DNA of 61,945 nucleotides, filler included, from Choristocarpus tenellus KU-1152 (Eukaryota > Protista > Phaeophyceae): NCBI GenBank assembly GCA_964200185.2. It is 9 parts of 9 records of this genome, joined end to end, with 100 filler letters (N's around TTAATTAATTAA, not from the genome) between each part and the next. Parts side by side here need not be neighbours in the genome. Positions count along the whole stretch, not along the records: positions 49,765 to 53,605 come from CAXNAD020017622.1; positions 53,706 to 61,945 come from CAXNAD020004945.1; 7 more parts are not named here. The stretch is one strand, 5' to 3'. A model generated the notes under the pieces. That model had not been told where the DNA came from, did no database searches, and worked only from the letters and a program-made list of their open reading frames with translations. A program made the position numbers and the translations under genes. Below, piece after piece: positions 51,572 through 61,945 of the stretch. The first letter of the stretch is position 1; every line of letters starts with the position of its first letter.

Positions 51572-53705
51572 CAGGCAAGGTCAGCAGCAACTGCCTGCTA
51601 CTCATCAGAGCAGCCATTGACGTACATCAGTGACCTAGCAGTGTCTTCCATAGTGATAAATTCCCCCTCAAACACTGTAAAGTCAGAAAATAAGCGCAAA
51701 CATTTTGGAAGGGTACAGTATTGCACTTCAGGATTTGACCAGGCTTCCACAATGAAAGCCTGCCATGAAGAGCTATTATATATGCAGGAGGATGAGACAA
51801 TCGCAAGGAGAGCTAGCCTCAAACTCCTGGCTTAAGTGACTCTATGTATATATATATATTTTTTTCTGTAGTGTTGTTTCTCTTGACTAACACTGTGAAA
51901 GAGTCCTGACTACAGACTACAGGGGTGTGTGGCATCACTCTTGTGTGAACTTCCTCCATTAAATACTTTGAAGATACAACCCACACACCAACAATAGTGG
52001 CCATCTTCGCAACACTGGCTGATCTATACCTTTTTGATTTTGATTTGTGAAACTGAGACATCCAAAGGTACTTGTTGAACGTCAACCGCATCTACTCTGC
52101 ATCAACTCCATACATGGCTTATAAGCAGTTTTTCCTCTTAGAGCACACTTGATCTGGGAACTCCTACGGTGACGTTGCAGCCTCTAGTCTTCAGACCCTT
52201 CCAGTTGAATGCCCTGCTCGCTTGCAATCTCGTGGGCAACCAACTATTTATGATTGAGGAGACCTTTGCCCTTCTTGGGCACCCAAGGGAGGTCCTGACA
52301 ACTTGCTTGTGAGGCTGGATATATCAGCAGACAGCTCAGCTACAAGGTTGGACAAGTCTTTTATTTGGATGTGCATAGCCTCCACAAGCTTTGTTGGGGG
52401 AGGAGAGCGGAAGCCATGGTTACATTGTGGGAGTTGTGGGGAGTAAGGTTAGTGGATTACATGTGCAATGTCTTTGCTACTGGGTTCACATGCTTGCAAA
52501 ACTTTGGAGTTGCGTGGTGTGAGAGAGGCGTGTTCCAGAAGTTTTGTTTTCACAAACTATTGCCTTTTCAATCTGAAGTCTACTTAAGGTCGTGTACACA
52601 AGGGCGCACCTGTCATAAAAGAAAGTCCGTATGCTTTTGTGAACTGAGTAATAATTGTGTCCAGCTCTTTCTTTTTTTATCTACCAATCTGGTTTTGACT
52701 GAACCATCCATCACACAAGAGTTTTCTCTATTGAAAAGACTAATGATCAGAATGATCTACACAAGTGGTCCTACAACTTAGCTGCATGCTATGTACTCCC
52801 TGGTGCACCTTCTAATCTCCAAAAACATTGCCACTAGAGCTCCTGGACAAAATTACTCGTGGACGGAGCCGTTGAGGTATAAAAGCCCGACCAAAACTGA
52901 CACAACAACAATACATCAGGTTGTGTTTCACTGTACAACCGTCGGTTTCAACACCTTAGTGCTATGGCACAGTACTGCGCTAAGCACTTAGGCTGCCACA
53001 TCAAACAATCATTGAGTACAAAAATTGTAAAAAAATTGCAAATGTGAAAACAAGTAGTGTGGGCATCTGTTGTGATCCAGTCCTCAGAATCCTAACTCGA
53101 CTTGCCGATCCCAATCTAAAAAAAGGGCTCACCAACACCAAGCTAAACTGCCGTCGTACCTTCCCTTCACTATCCCCTTCCACGTCCTCACTGTCCACTT
53201 CCTCTTGCTGCCGGCAAGGGCATCCTTTCCTCTCCCCCGATGTCTCCGCCCCGCCTTTCGGGGGTGTCATGTCCAGGTCATCATCGTCACTCATCTGGTC
53301 ATTTTTTGTTTGCTGTGTTCAGAGACTTAGAAGTATACTAGTGCAAGCCCGACACAGATCCGTTGCTGGAAAACACAAACAATCGTGAAACCAATTCCCA
53401 CTCATTATATCGATACTGACTGAGAATCGATTGGAATAAGGGACGTTGCAGGGCCAATGCATCCTATTAGCCTATTGTGACATATTGACCCTTCTGTTTG
53501 TTAAATTTTTGTCTTTTTCAGTGCAGCCCTCCCCCCTCCCAGGCTCAAAGTATCTGGGGGGGGGGGGGGGGGGCCTGGGGGGGGCCAATTCTCCAGAGTG
53601 CTATCNNNNNNNNNNNNNNNNNNNNNNNNNNNNNNNNNNNNNNNNNNNNTTAATTAATTAANNNNNNNNNNNNNNNNNNNNNNNNNNNNNNNNNNNNNNN
53701 NNNNN

Positions 53706-54590
53706 GGGAGCTGTTCCGGCGTCCGCTAGTGCCCCTGTGTGGAACACAAGGTCTATGCGGAGATTCCTGTCAACTGTGAAAGGGCTACCATCCTCCGTAG
53801 TGCAAGGGATGCCCATCCCCTTGCATAGTTGGTGCAGGGGTTTAGGAGTGTGCTGTCGTACCTGCCCCCCTGCGCTGGGGCAGGTGCGGGCATGTCTGGT
53901 ATCGACATTTTGCCTCCTGCACCCTGCCACTTGGCATCTGTTTGATAGGGCCTCCTCCCTCCCTAGGGATCTGCTTACTGTGAGCTTGAATTCTAGAGGG
54001 GGCATCTGGCATGCTTGTTCCAGAGGTTGAGTCGTGGCCCACGCGTTAGCCCCTTGTCCACACAGGCTCCGGTGGCGTGCTAGGGCTAATGAAGAGCTTT
54101 CCCTCCCTTGGTGTGCCTCATTCGGAAGGCCCTCCTGGCACGCTTCACCGTGGAGCAAACAGATAACACCTCCCTATGGACACTAGAGAATAATGGAGAT
54201 TGCCGACTCGACAGAGGCGACGGATTTCTTCGAGGGAGGGTGCAACAATGCGTCTCTCCGCCTAGAGACCCACCAATAAGTACAGGCACAGATCCCTACA
54301 AGTGCGGGGGTCTGGGCCTCTCCTCTATGAAACACTGCCAACATGCGGCTTTCGTAGGATCACTGGTGGCTACTCTCCCCACCCTCCTAGCAAGGCAGCA
54401 AATACCTCATGGCGAGTCCTTCGAACAAACTGTCTGTACGAGCCCAACGATACAGGCCTTAGGATTTTCCATTCACTCCCTCCTTTCTACTGGTGTCCCC
54501 TCAGAAGACCTTGGGGAAATCATTGGCCAAGACTGGGTAACTTCGGGGGGAACAGCACCCCCTGCACCTGCCCCAGAGGTACATATTGTT
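53706..54590 (-). mobile_element. CRE/R2-like (restriction-like endonuclease) non-LTR retrotransposon fragment with an inverted 5' segment
   Basis: Minus strand: ARHRSLCGQGANAW...EFKLTVSRSLG...C..AGC...DTRHARTCPSAGGQVRQH...E...RIDLV (zinc knuckle plus RLE). Plus strand 54295-54590: GGLGLSS...AAFVGS (post-RT thumb). Confidence 0.8.
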
Positions 54591-54682
54591 AAAACATAGG
54601 CTACTCATTTGTTTCTTGTTGACATGATATACAAACTACCAGCTTGTACTAACTGTTGATTGGTGCATTGCACTGGTCGTTA

Positions 54683-55101
54683 TGTTACAGGCACCCCTCA
54701 ATACTCACCTTTCCAGGATGTACAAGTCGATTCCAATTCACAGATTATCGAATGTCAGCTCAGTAGAACAGGGGTAATCTCAATTGAATCAATCAGTATA
54801 AAGTGTATATAAAGTTTGGCATCAAATTTGAGAGTGAGCTTATGTGGGTCTTGTTAGGTCAGAAGAACTGTGCTGATTTGAGCCGTTTTTAGGAACTCTA
54901 ATCATCATTTGCCGTTGGGGGTTTGTTCGGGTTTGTAAATACTGGTATGTATCTGAGAATCCTTTCCGACCATCCGAGTTACAGTTTATTCTACAGCTTT
55001 TATGCAAATCGGAGTTCCCCCTTTTGGTGTTCCCCACGCGTGTATACTGCTCACGCCAGTTAAAGCGCGGGAAGAAATACTCGCGCTATTCGCCTGTAAC
55101 A
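54683..55101 (-). mobile_element. 419-bp LTR with adjacent polypurine tract
   Basis: Ends TGTTACAGGC...GCCTGTAACA (10-bp inverted repeat). On the minus strand it is preceded by GCTGGGGGGCA (55112-55102), the same PPT as at 56336-56326. Confidence 0.85.
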
Positions 55102-56001
55102 TGCCCCCCAGCGCGAACTAGGTATACATATTTCACACTTACTACAGGTGATTTGTCACCGGTTAAGACAATAGATATTACCTGTCACCTCAGATCACGC
55201 TGTAGCAGCATGAGTTAGTTGCCGTCAAGCAAAATAGGGGCTCCAGTTCCAAACTCGTCAGTTGCTTCCAACCCAGGGACCTCGGTTCCAAATTCCAGAT
55301 AGTTCCAACCAATGATTTGACATATCTCCCAGTTTCTTCTCGAGAATATTTCCTCGAAAGTCTTAAGACACAGTCATAATCAATAAATGTCTGAGCTAAT
55401 TAGAGTATATATATTTATACAAATATATAACTTCAACTAGGTCCGGAATCGATCAACACATATCCATGTTTTTCTTGGGATAATTTATCCTAAGAGGCAC
55501 AGATTATTATTTACCTTTCGGCTAGTCTGAGTGTATACTTGCTCTTTCTGAAGCATCTTCAAAAGTTGCAAAGTATCCATCTCTGACGTGGCCTAAAATG
55601 AATGGGACCCCACTTCCGATCACCTTAGTCGTAAATGTTATTCATCTCCACAACTCTTTTAAAAAGTCCATCCACAAGGTCATAGGATGTACTCTTATTC
55701 AAATTGTGTCTGCCTAATCTAAATATGCCTGTTCTTTTGGGCTGGGACTTCAGGATAACCAAATGAAGAAAATAAGAAAATCAAAAAATAAAACAAAAGA
55801 AGAATGTATCCTATGTAACAACGTTTACTACGAGTGATTGTTACTGGTGAAGACAATAGACTTCATCAATCGTCTCAAATCATCCTGTAGCAGGGAGAAG
55901 GAAGAGCAAAAAAATATGCCAAACTTCTACTAGGCCTGAACATGTATCCCTATCCTATTGGGGAAATTTGTCTGCGTCTAGCCTAATTCTGAGGGTATAT
56001 T

Positions 56002-56259
56002 GAGCCAATGTATCTTAGAGGGTACAGCCGCGTCCATTTGGGGACCAAAATCTGATGATGCAATTTTTATGTAATTTTGGCTATCGTGTTTGTTCAAAGA
56101 TGTCAATAACCTTGTTCCAGACACACCTTTTCATAAAGTATAAGTTTTAACTACTCTGAAATATTTTGGAGTAAGTAAAATGTCATTAAAAACCCGTGAG
56201 AAGCCAAGCCCCAAATGGACAAAGAGGTCAAAACTCGTACCCTCTAAGATACTTTCACT
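56002..56259. mobile_element. MITE family A copy, TSD TATT
   Basis: TATT|GAGCCAATGTATC...GATACTTTCACT|TATT. Confidence 0.9.
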
Positions 56260-56809
56260 TATTCATTCTCTCTAAAGTACAGCTTTCCTAGAGTGCCAAG
56301 TATCATCCAATAATTGCGTGTCTCATGCCCCCCAGCACGAAGCATACTGACGGCTGCTAGTGCGTAAAACAGGCCATAACACCAACGCCAGCCTATAAAT
56401 CGGTTAGTCCTCACGTACCTTGCCTTCTGGATGCATAGTGGTTACCTGTTGGATTATTTTTGGGAGAAACGACTCATTTCACTTTTGTTCATTTTTTCCC
56501 AATCCCCATCATTAAACCGTACCCTCCAGTAGGGTGACTTGAAGTCAAAAACTGTACCTATGTACCACTTATCCTTTCCCTTCTCGTCTTTCCATAACTT
56601 CTTGACGGTAGTGTCTGTGGGGAAAAGGCGTAATGCATCCTCTCTCGACAAGGATTTTCCTTGGCGGGAGGTGTCAGTAGATCGTGGGCTCGTGTCTGGA
56701 TTATAGAGGTCCCATAGGGCATGGAAGACATCCAACTGTAGTGGAGTGAAACTATCCATAGCCTCTCTCTCTGTAATCCAATCTGACAATTCTCCGTTCT
56801 GGTACTTTC

Positions 56810-57147
56810 TGTGCAATATAGGCTAGGAACTCTATAGGCATTTATATCTTTAGTGAACACTAGAATAAAATAGAAGTATTGACTGAGTAGAGTAATGTTC
56901 AAGGACTTGATTCGGTGTGCTTAGAGTGCCAGGTTCGATCCTCGATGGATTGATTTCTTATTTTGTTCAATATAAGTGGCTGACGTAGTGCGACTGACAC
57001 AGACACATTTTGATGTGTCTGATGACGTGCGCAATAGATAATAATATAAGGAAGAGCACTCCACCACCAAGGGTTGTGCTCACTCCGCTAATAAATAAAT
57101 CCATACAACTTAAAGCAAAACCTCTATTGGAAGAGTTCTCTTTTGCA
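56810..57147. mobile_element. 338-bp TG...CA insertion (solo-LTR-like) inside the Gypsy chromo-like domain
   Basis: Flanked by the direct repeat TACTTTC (56803-56809 and 57148-57154); removal restores the frame WEYKGKY-QNGELSDW. Confidence 0.75.
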
Positions 57148-57579
57148 TACTTTCCCTTGTACTCCCAATGCCAGACATTGGATGGCGACAATATTGCTTT
57201 TCTGTCTATAAGAGTATACGTAGGGGTTGCTACCACAGATTGCTCTGACAGGCCTAGGTTTGACTCCCATACAAGTTGAGCATACTCCTCTTGGAAGCTA
57301 TGTCTTAGATGAGTGGGTCGTACGTGAAATGGTTTTACATGAGAAGCATGAACAGTACGAGCGAGTTTGCCTACCTAGCAGCTCTACTGTCATGCTACTA
57401 CTTTGATGTGATACCTCTTTCACAGCCCATGGTCCTGTCCATCTTTCATGGACTAGCTTCCTACCTACTCTCGTCTCACCTAATCTTTCCCCAAGAATAG
57501 AGCTGTCTGCTTCTTTTACTATTACTAGGTCACCTGTTTTGGATTCGAGTCCTGATGAAGACCTAGTTATCAAAGCATT

Positions 57580-57581
<2 letters not shown>

Positions 57582-57620
<39 letters not shown>
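57582..57620. repeat. (CT)n microsatellite inside integrase coding sequence
   Basis: About 19 CT units. Confidence 0.9.
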
Positions 57621-57625
<5 letters not shown>

Positions 57626-59498
57626 AGCGGACATCCTTCTCTCTAGGACTTTTTGTACCTCCCTGAAGTTCTGTCTACGCTGTTCGATGAAGGAATCCAA
57701 TCCTCCCACCTCTACGTCCCCATCCAACTTCGGTATGACTGCATCTAGCTTTGTGCGGGGGTGACGGCCAAACAAGACTCGGAAGGGGGTGGGGTTGAGC
57801 GGGTCAGAGGGATCTGGGGTAGTCGTTGTGCCCAACATGCTGGAGACACATACTCATCCCATCTATCTGGCCACTTCTCACATAAGTTCCGACAGAACTT
57901 CTAGAAGCAGGCCTCCCATCTTTTCTACTCCCCCTTGTCCCCTCGAGTTACCAGTTGGTCCATAATTGATAGGGACCTTCAGCTAACGGCAAAGGTGACG
58001 CATTATGTCTCCTGTGAACTCCCCTCCTGCATCACTACGAATTAACAGAGGGATTCCAAATGTGAGACATAATTCCAACACATTTGTTACTACTCCAGTT
58101 GCTTCCTTGGATGCCATTGGGAATGCAAAAGGGAATCTCGAAGCTCTATCACAATTAACAGATACTTGTTGCCTTTTGCGGAGATGTGTCCTACATCTTG
58201 TAGATCCATCTCGAGTACATCCCATGGTTCCAGGAACTTGGCTGGTAGCATTGCCACTTGCGCGCTCCTGGTCCTCTTTCGTCTACGACAGTCACAGGAT
58301 AAAACTTGATCCTGCGTGTCTTTGTGGAGAGAGGGCCAAAAAAAGTATCGACGGGTTAGGGCCACTGTGCGTCCAACTCCCTGATGACTAGTCTACAGAT
58401 GAACTAGTGCTATGATGTCTGACACTAGTGAACGAGGAACTGTTAGCCTAGGTGCATACTCTCCAGGGGTGTACCAGAGTAACTCTTTATCATCTATGGA
58501 ATACGACTCTACATCTATACTCCCTTTTCCCCATTCGAGCGACGACTTCTAGTGTTCTTGGCCTTTGAGTACACACCCCGTATGCTGCCCAAGAAGGGGT
58601 CTTTCTTCTGCCTCTCCACTAGCTCTGGCACGTCCGATAGAGTAGCCATTGCTCTCTTGAGAGTGGGATGGTGTTGAACCACCTCACTCCTTCGAACCAT
58701 TCTGTCACTGCCCTTCTTGTTCTTTGGCCTTGGTGTACTTGTTAGCCTTTTCTTGTAAGGTGGCTTCTCTTCTCCTGCTTTCCCTTTAATTCCTACCCTG
58801 TCTTCGAGGGTAGGGTCTAATGGTTACCAAATAAAGTGTCAGAGGCGGTAAGCAAGGGAGGGAGTTGCTGTGGGGTGTGTGTCAGGTCTACACTAGGTGT
58901 TCTATCTGGGCTCATCCAATCAGAGGGAGGGAGTTTACATACTGGCATACTTTGATCCTTGGAACTACTGAGTGGTAACCAACCTCGAACGCCTAAGTCT
59001 AGATTATCAGGTCCCGTGCAGTAATCTTGCAGAGCTGACAGTATTCATTGAGAGTGTGGCATCCGCTGTTTTCTGAAGTAACATTGGTACCACATCTAGA
59101 CTCGGTTCATTATGTGAGGGGGCATTACACTCTAGTTCTGAATCTACCAAAGCACAGAGAGAGCAAGGGGATAGAGTGGGGTACCCTGGGCTTAAGTCTG
59201 ATGTACCTAGATCGTGCAGACATACACCACCTAAGACAGGTCCTCGTGGTCCGGCGTAATTGTTGCTACCAGCTACTGGCGGATCGTCAGGAAAAGAATC
59301 GTCGATATCCAAACCTGATCCTGTTGGTGAGGAGAGTCGTGACAATCCATCCGATAGTTGGTGCTTCGAGCCTGCTCGCCACTTCAGTTCCATATCGTGG
59401 TCCATAAGACGGAGGGCCCACCTGTGGAGCTTGGGGCTGAGTTCACGGCTTTTTAAGAGCCAAATCAGTGCGGAGCAGTCAGTGATTAGGGTGACGTT

Positions 59499-59756
59499 GA
59501 GCCAAAGTACCTTAGAGGGTAGAGCCGTGTCCATTTGGGGACCAAAATACAATGTTGCGATTTTGATGTAATTGGACTTTTGTGTATGTTAGGAAGGGTC
59601 AATATCTTTGTTTCAGATACACCTTTTCATAACACATACATTTTACCTACTCCGAAACATTTTGGAGTAGGAAAATGTCACAAAAAACCCCATGGAAAGC
59701 CAAGCCCCGAATGGACAAACAGGGCAGAATTCGTACCCTCTGAGATACTTTCACTC
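59499..59756. mobile_element. MITE family A copy in Gypsy RNase H, TSD CGTT
   Basis: Removing the element and one 4-bp copy restores IWGRNVTLITDCSAL. Confidence 0.95.
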
Positions 59757-60702
59757 CGTTCCTACCCCAAATGTAGGAGCGGAATTGTTCTACAGCCCAC
59801 AAGATGGCCATGCATTCCCTTTCGGTGGGTGCTCTCCTACTGTCTGTTTTAGACCATCTATGGCTAGCATATGCTATGACATGTTCTAGGTCATCATCTT
59901 GCACCTGGGTCAGGGTTGCTCCAGGCCCTTCCTCACTAGCATCTGTATGAAGGAGGAACGACTTATCCCAGTCAGGGAAGACTAGGATTGGTGGAGAGAC
60001 CAGACACACCTTAAGTTCTTCAAAAGCTATCTGCTCCTCTGGTCCCCAAGGGACACTCTTCTTCCTGTCTCTTTTGGAAGCATACCCTTTGTTCCGGAGG
60101 ATGTCAGTCAAGGGTGCAGCTATTTGGCCATAGTTCGGAACAAACTGTCGCATGTATCCTGTCATGCCTAGGAAACTCCTTAACTGCTCGACTGTAGATG
60201 GGGGATCAAGTTTTGCTACTGCTATCATTTTCGATGGAGCAGGACTCAAGCCATCTCTACCTACCTTCATTCCTACAAATTCTTGTGAGGGCATGCACCA
60301 CGAGGATTTGGGAAAGTTCACAGACATGCCGTATTGCTTGAGTCTGGTAAGAAGGAGGTGAAGTTTGGTGATGTGTTCATCAAATGATGAGCTATAGCAA
60401 AAAATATCGTCTAGCCAGTTTTCTACACCGTTTCCTTTGAGATCTCCTAAAGCCTCTCTCATGTAGCTAGAGAATACTGCAGGTAAGATTTTCAACCCAA
60501 AGCCACACCTGTTATATTCCCAAAGTTGTCTATGAGCATCACGGAAAGCTGTGTTATGTTTATCTACCTCTGCTATTTCTAGTTGAAAGAACCCCGACGC
60601 TAGATCTATGGCAGTGAAATAGCTAGAACCCTTAAGCTTATCAAAGATGATGGTGATGTTTCCAAGACCTTCACTATCACTACGTGAGAGATCATTAAGC
60701 AT

Positions 60703-61945
60703 CATATGTACCACAAAATATTTTGAGAAGTCTGGATAATGTAAAAGGGGGACTGTTGTTAATGCCATTTTTATTTTTTCTAATGCATTATCGTGAACTG
60801 ATGTCCATGCTTTTCCAATTTCACCAGAAGGAGGAGAGATGAATTCTTTACGTGTAAATTTTATAAGGGGTTCTGTCAGATCTGTATAATGAGGGATGAA
60901 CTTTCGACAAAAATTGCACATAACAAGGATGGAATGAATGTCCTTTAATGTTCTGCGAGTGGGCAGGTCAATAATAGCTTGAATTCGAGCTTTTCCAAGA
61001 CGTACTCCTGCACTAGAAACAATGAGTGAAAGTATCTTAGAGGGTACGAATTTTTCCATGTTTGTCCATTTGGGGCTTGGCTTCCCACGGGTTTTATTGT
61101 AACATTTTCCTACTCCGAAATGTTTCGAAGTAGGTAAAATGTGTATGTTTATGAAAAGGTGTGTTCGGAACAAGGATATTGACACTTCCTAACAAACACA
61201 ATAGCCAAAATTACGTCAAAATCGCAACATTGGATTTTGGTCCCCAAACGGACGCGGCTCTACCCTCTAGGATACTTTGACTCAATATGACCAAGGCATT
61301 CAACTTCTGCTGGAGCAAACTTCAATATAGAAGGTTTTGAAGTAAGGCCAGCATTCTGAAGGGCATTAAAAAGCTTTTCAAGCAAAGTTATATGATGTTG
61401 CCAAGTGGATGAACAAAGAATGAGATCATCCATGTAACATAACAGACCTGACCCCGTGCCAAAATCAGATAGTGCTCGAGCTATCATATGTCGAAAAATA
61501 AATGGAGCATTGCTCAAACCAAAAGGAAGTCGTTTCCATACAAACTTGTGGTTTTCTTGCTCAAAAAGCTTCAGACAACCCAACGAATTACTCACACTTC
61601 ATATTGTGGCTTACTTTAGCAATAAATTTGATGGAGCACAACGAAATTATTCAGCTACATACAAAGAGATTTTAGCAGTAGTTCATGCCATTAACCACTG
61701 TCGTCCATATCTTTGGGGTCGACATTTTGATTTATTCACTGATCATGCAGCACTCCGTTATCTGTATTACATGCAAGACACAGATAATATGTTGACACGT
61801 TGGCCTCTTGCTCTTCAATGTTTTGACTTTACAGTCCATCATAAACCTGGCAGAGACAATGTTGTACCTGATGCCCTTTCTCGTCTTTTTGATATTGAGA
61901 TTGATCGTATGCCAAAAGTACTTTCTCCTATTTGTAGGAATACTC
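60703..61945. mobile_element. Ty3/Gypsy element B: RT on the minus strand (61548-60703), RNase H on the plus strand (61549-61945)
   Basis: Minus: WKRLPFGLSNAP...YMDD...LGHIVS...LHYPDFSKYFVVH. Plus: GFLAQ, then HIVAYFSNKF..AQRNYSAT.KEILAVV...FTDHAAL...KPGRDNVVPDALSR. Confidence 0.88.
61024..61283. mobile_element. MITE family A copy in Gypsy B RT, TSD (C)AAT
   Basis: Removal restores LGHIVSSAGV. Confidence 0.95.

Larger units (their letters stand above)
56326..60700 (-). mobile_element. Ty3/Gypsy element A pol (RT, RNase H, integrase, chromo-like, Tudor-like), degenerate, ending at a PPT
   Basis: RT: IDLASGFFQ, GFGLK, WLDD. RNase H: LHTDAS, ERECMAILWA, ITDCSAL. Integrase: RYFFWPSL..CDC, MDLQD, IRSDAGGEF and WTGPW (GPY/F). 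C-terminal stop at 56454; PPT GCTGGGGGGCA|TG at 56336-56324. Confidence 0.92.

Noticed and set aside
51820-53294. Possible minus-strand gene starting MSDDDDLDMTPPK
   Set aside because: The first exon is plausible, but I could not build a stop-free downstream model or assign a family.
16421-53705. Recurrent TTAATTAATTAA palindrome between N runs
   Set aside because: Identical 100-nt format each time; an artificial all-frame-stop contig linker, not biology.
59647-61185. 512-aa ORF as an intact pol gene
   Set aside because: Chimera of MITE sequence and two different Gypsy elements.
275-61283. Repeats as a CRISPR array
   Set aside because: They are dispersed inverted-repeat elements with TSDs; there is no repeat-spacer periodicity and no cas gene.

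Overview
This is a eukaryotic, intron-rich and transposon-dense window, most likely from a photosynthetic stramenopile (brown-alga-like). The inference rests on bipartite plastid presequences and a Zn2Cys6 factor in a plastid-bearing genome. The window is nine contigs joined by artificial 100-nt N44-TTAATTAATTAA-N44 linkers, so adjacency across linkers means nothing. Host genes are a PAP/fibrillin protein and an Mpv17/PMP22 protein (divergent pair, both apparently plastid-targeted), the 5' part of eIF3 subunit M, and a Zn(II)2Cys6 transcription factor. Pseudogenes are an intronless F-box-like/27-aa ankyrin-like repeat gene and an intron-containing ParB/Srx-like gene. Mobile DNA includes a mariner relic, two copies of a deleted ITm-type element, Copia, Gypsy and CRE-like fragments, and two related, very abundant MITE families with G(A/G)(G/C)T(C/G)AAAGTATCT termini; family A has clear 4-bp TSDs. 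The strongest leads are a Gypsy integrase ending in a chromo-like plus Tudor-like domain pair, the Sola-like MITE system, and an apparent twin-primed inversion in a CRE-like element. All family assignments come from reading motifs by eye; no searches were run.
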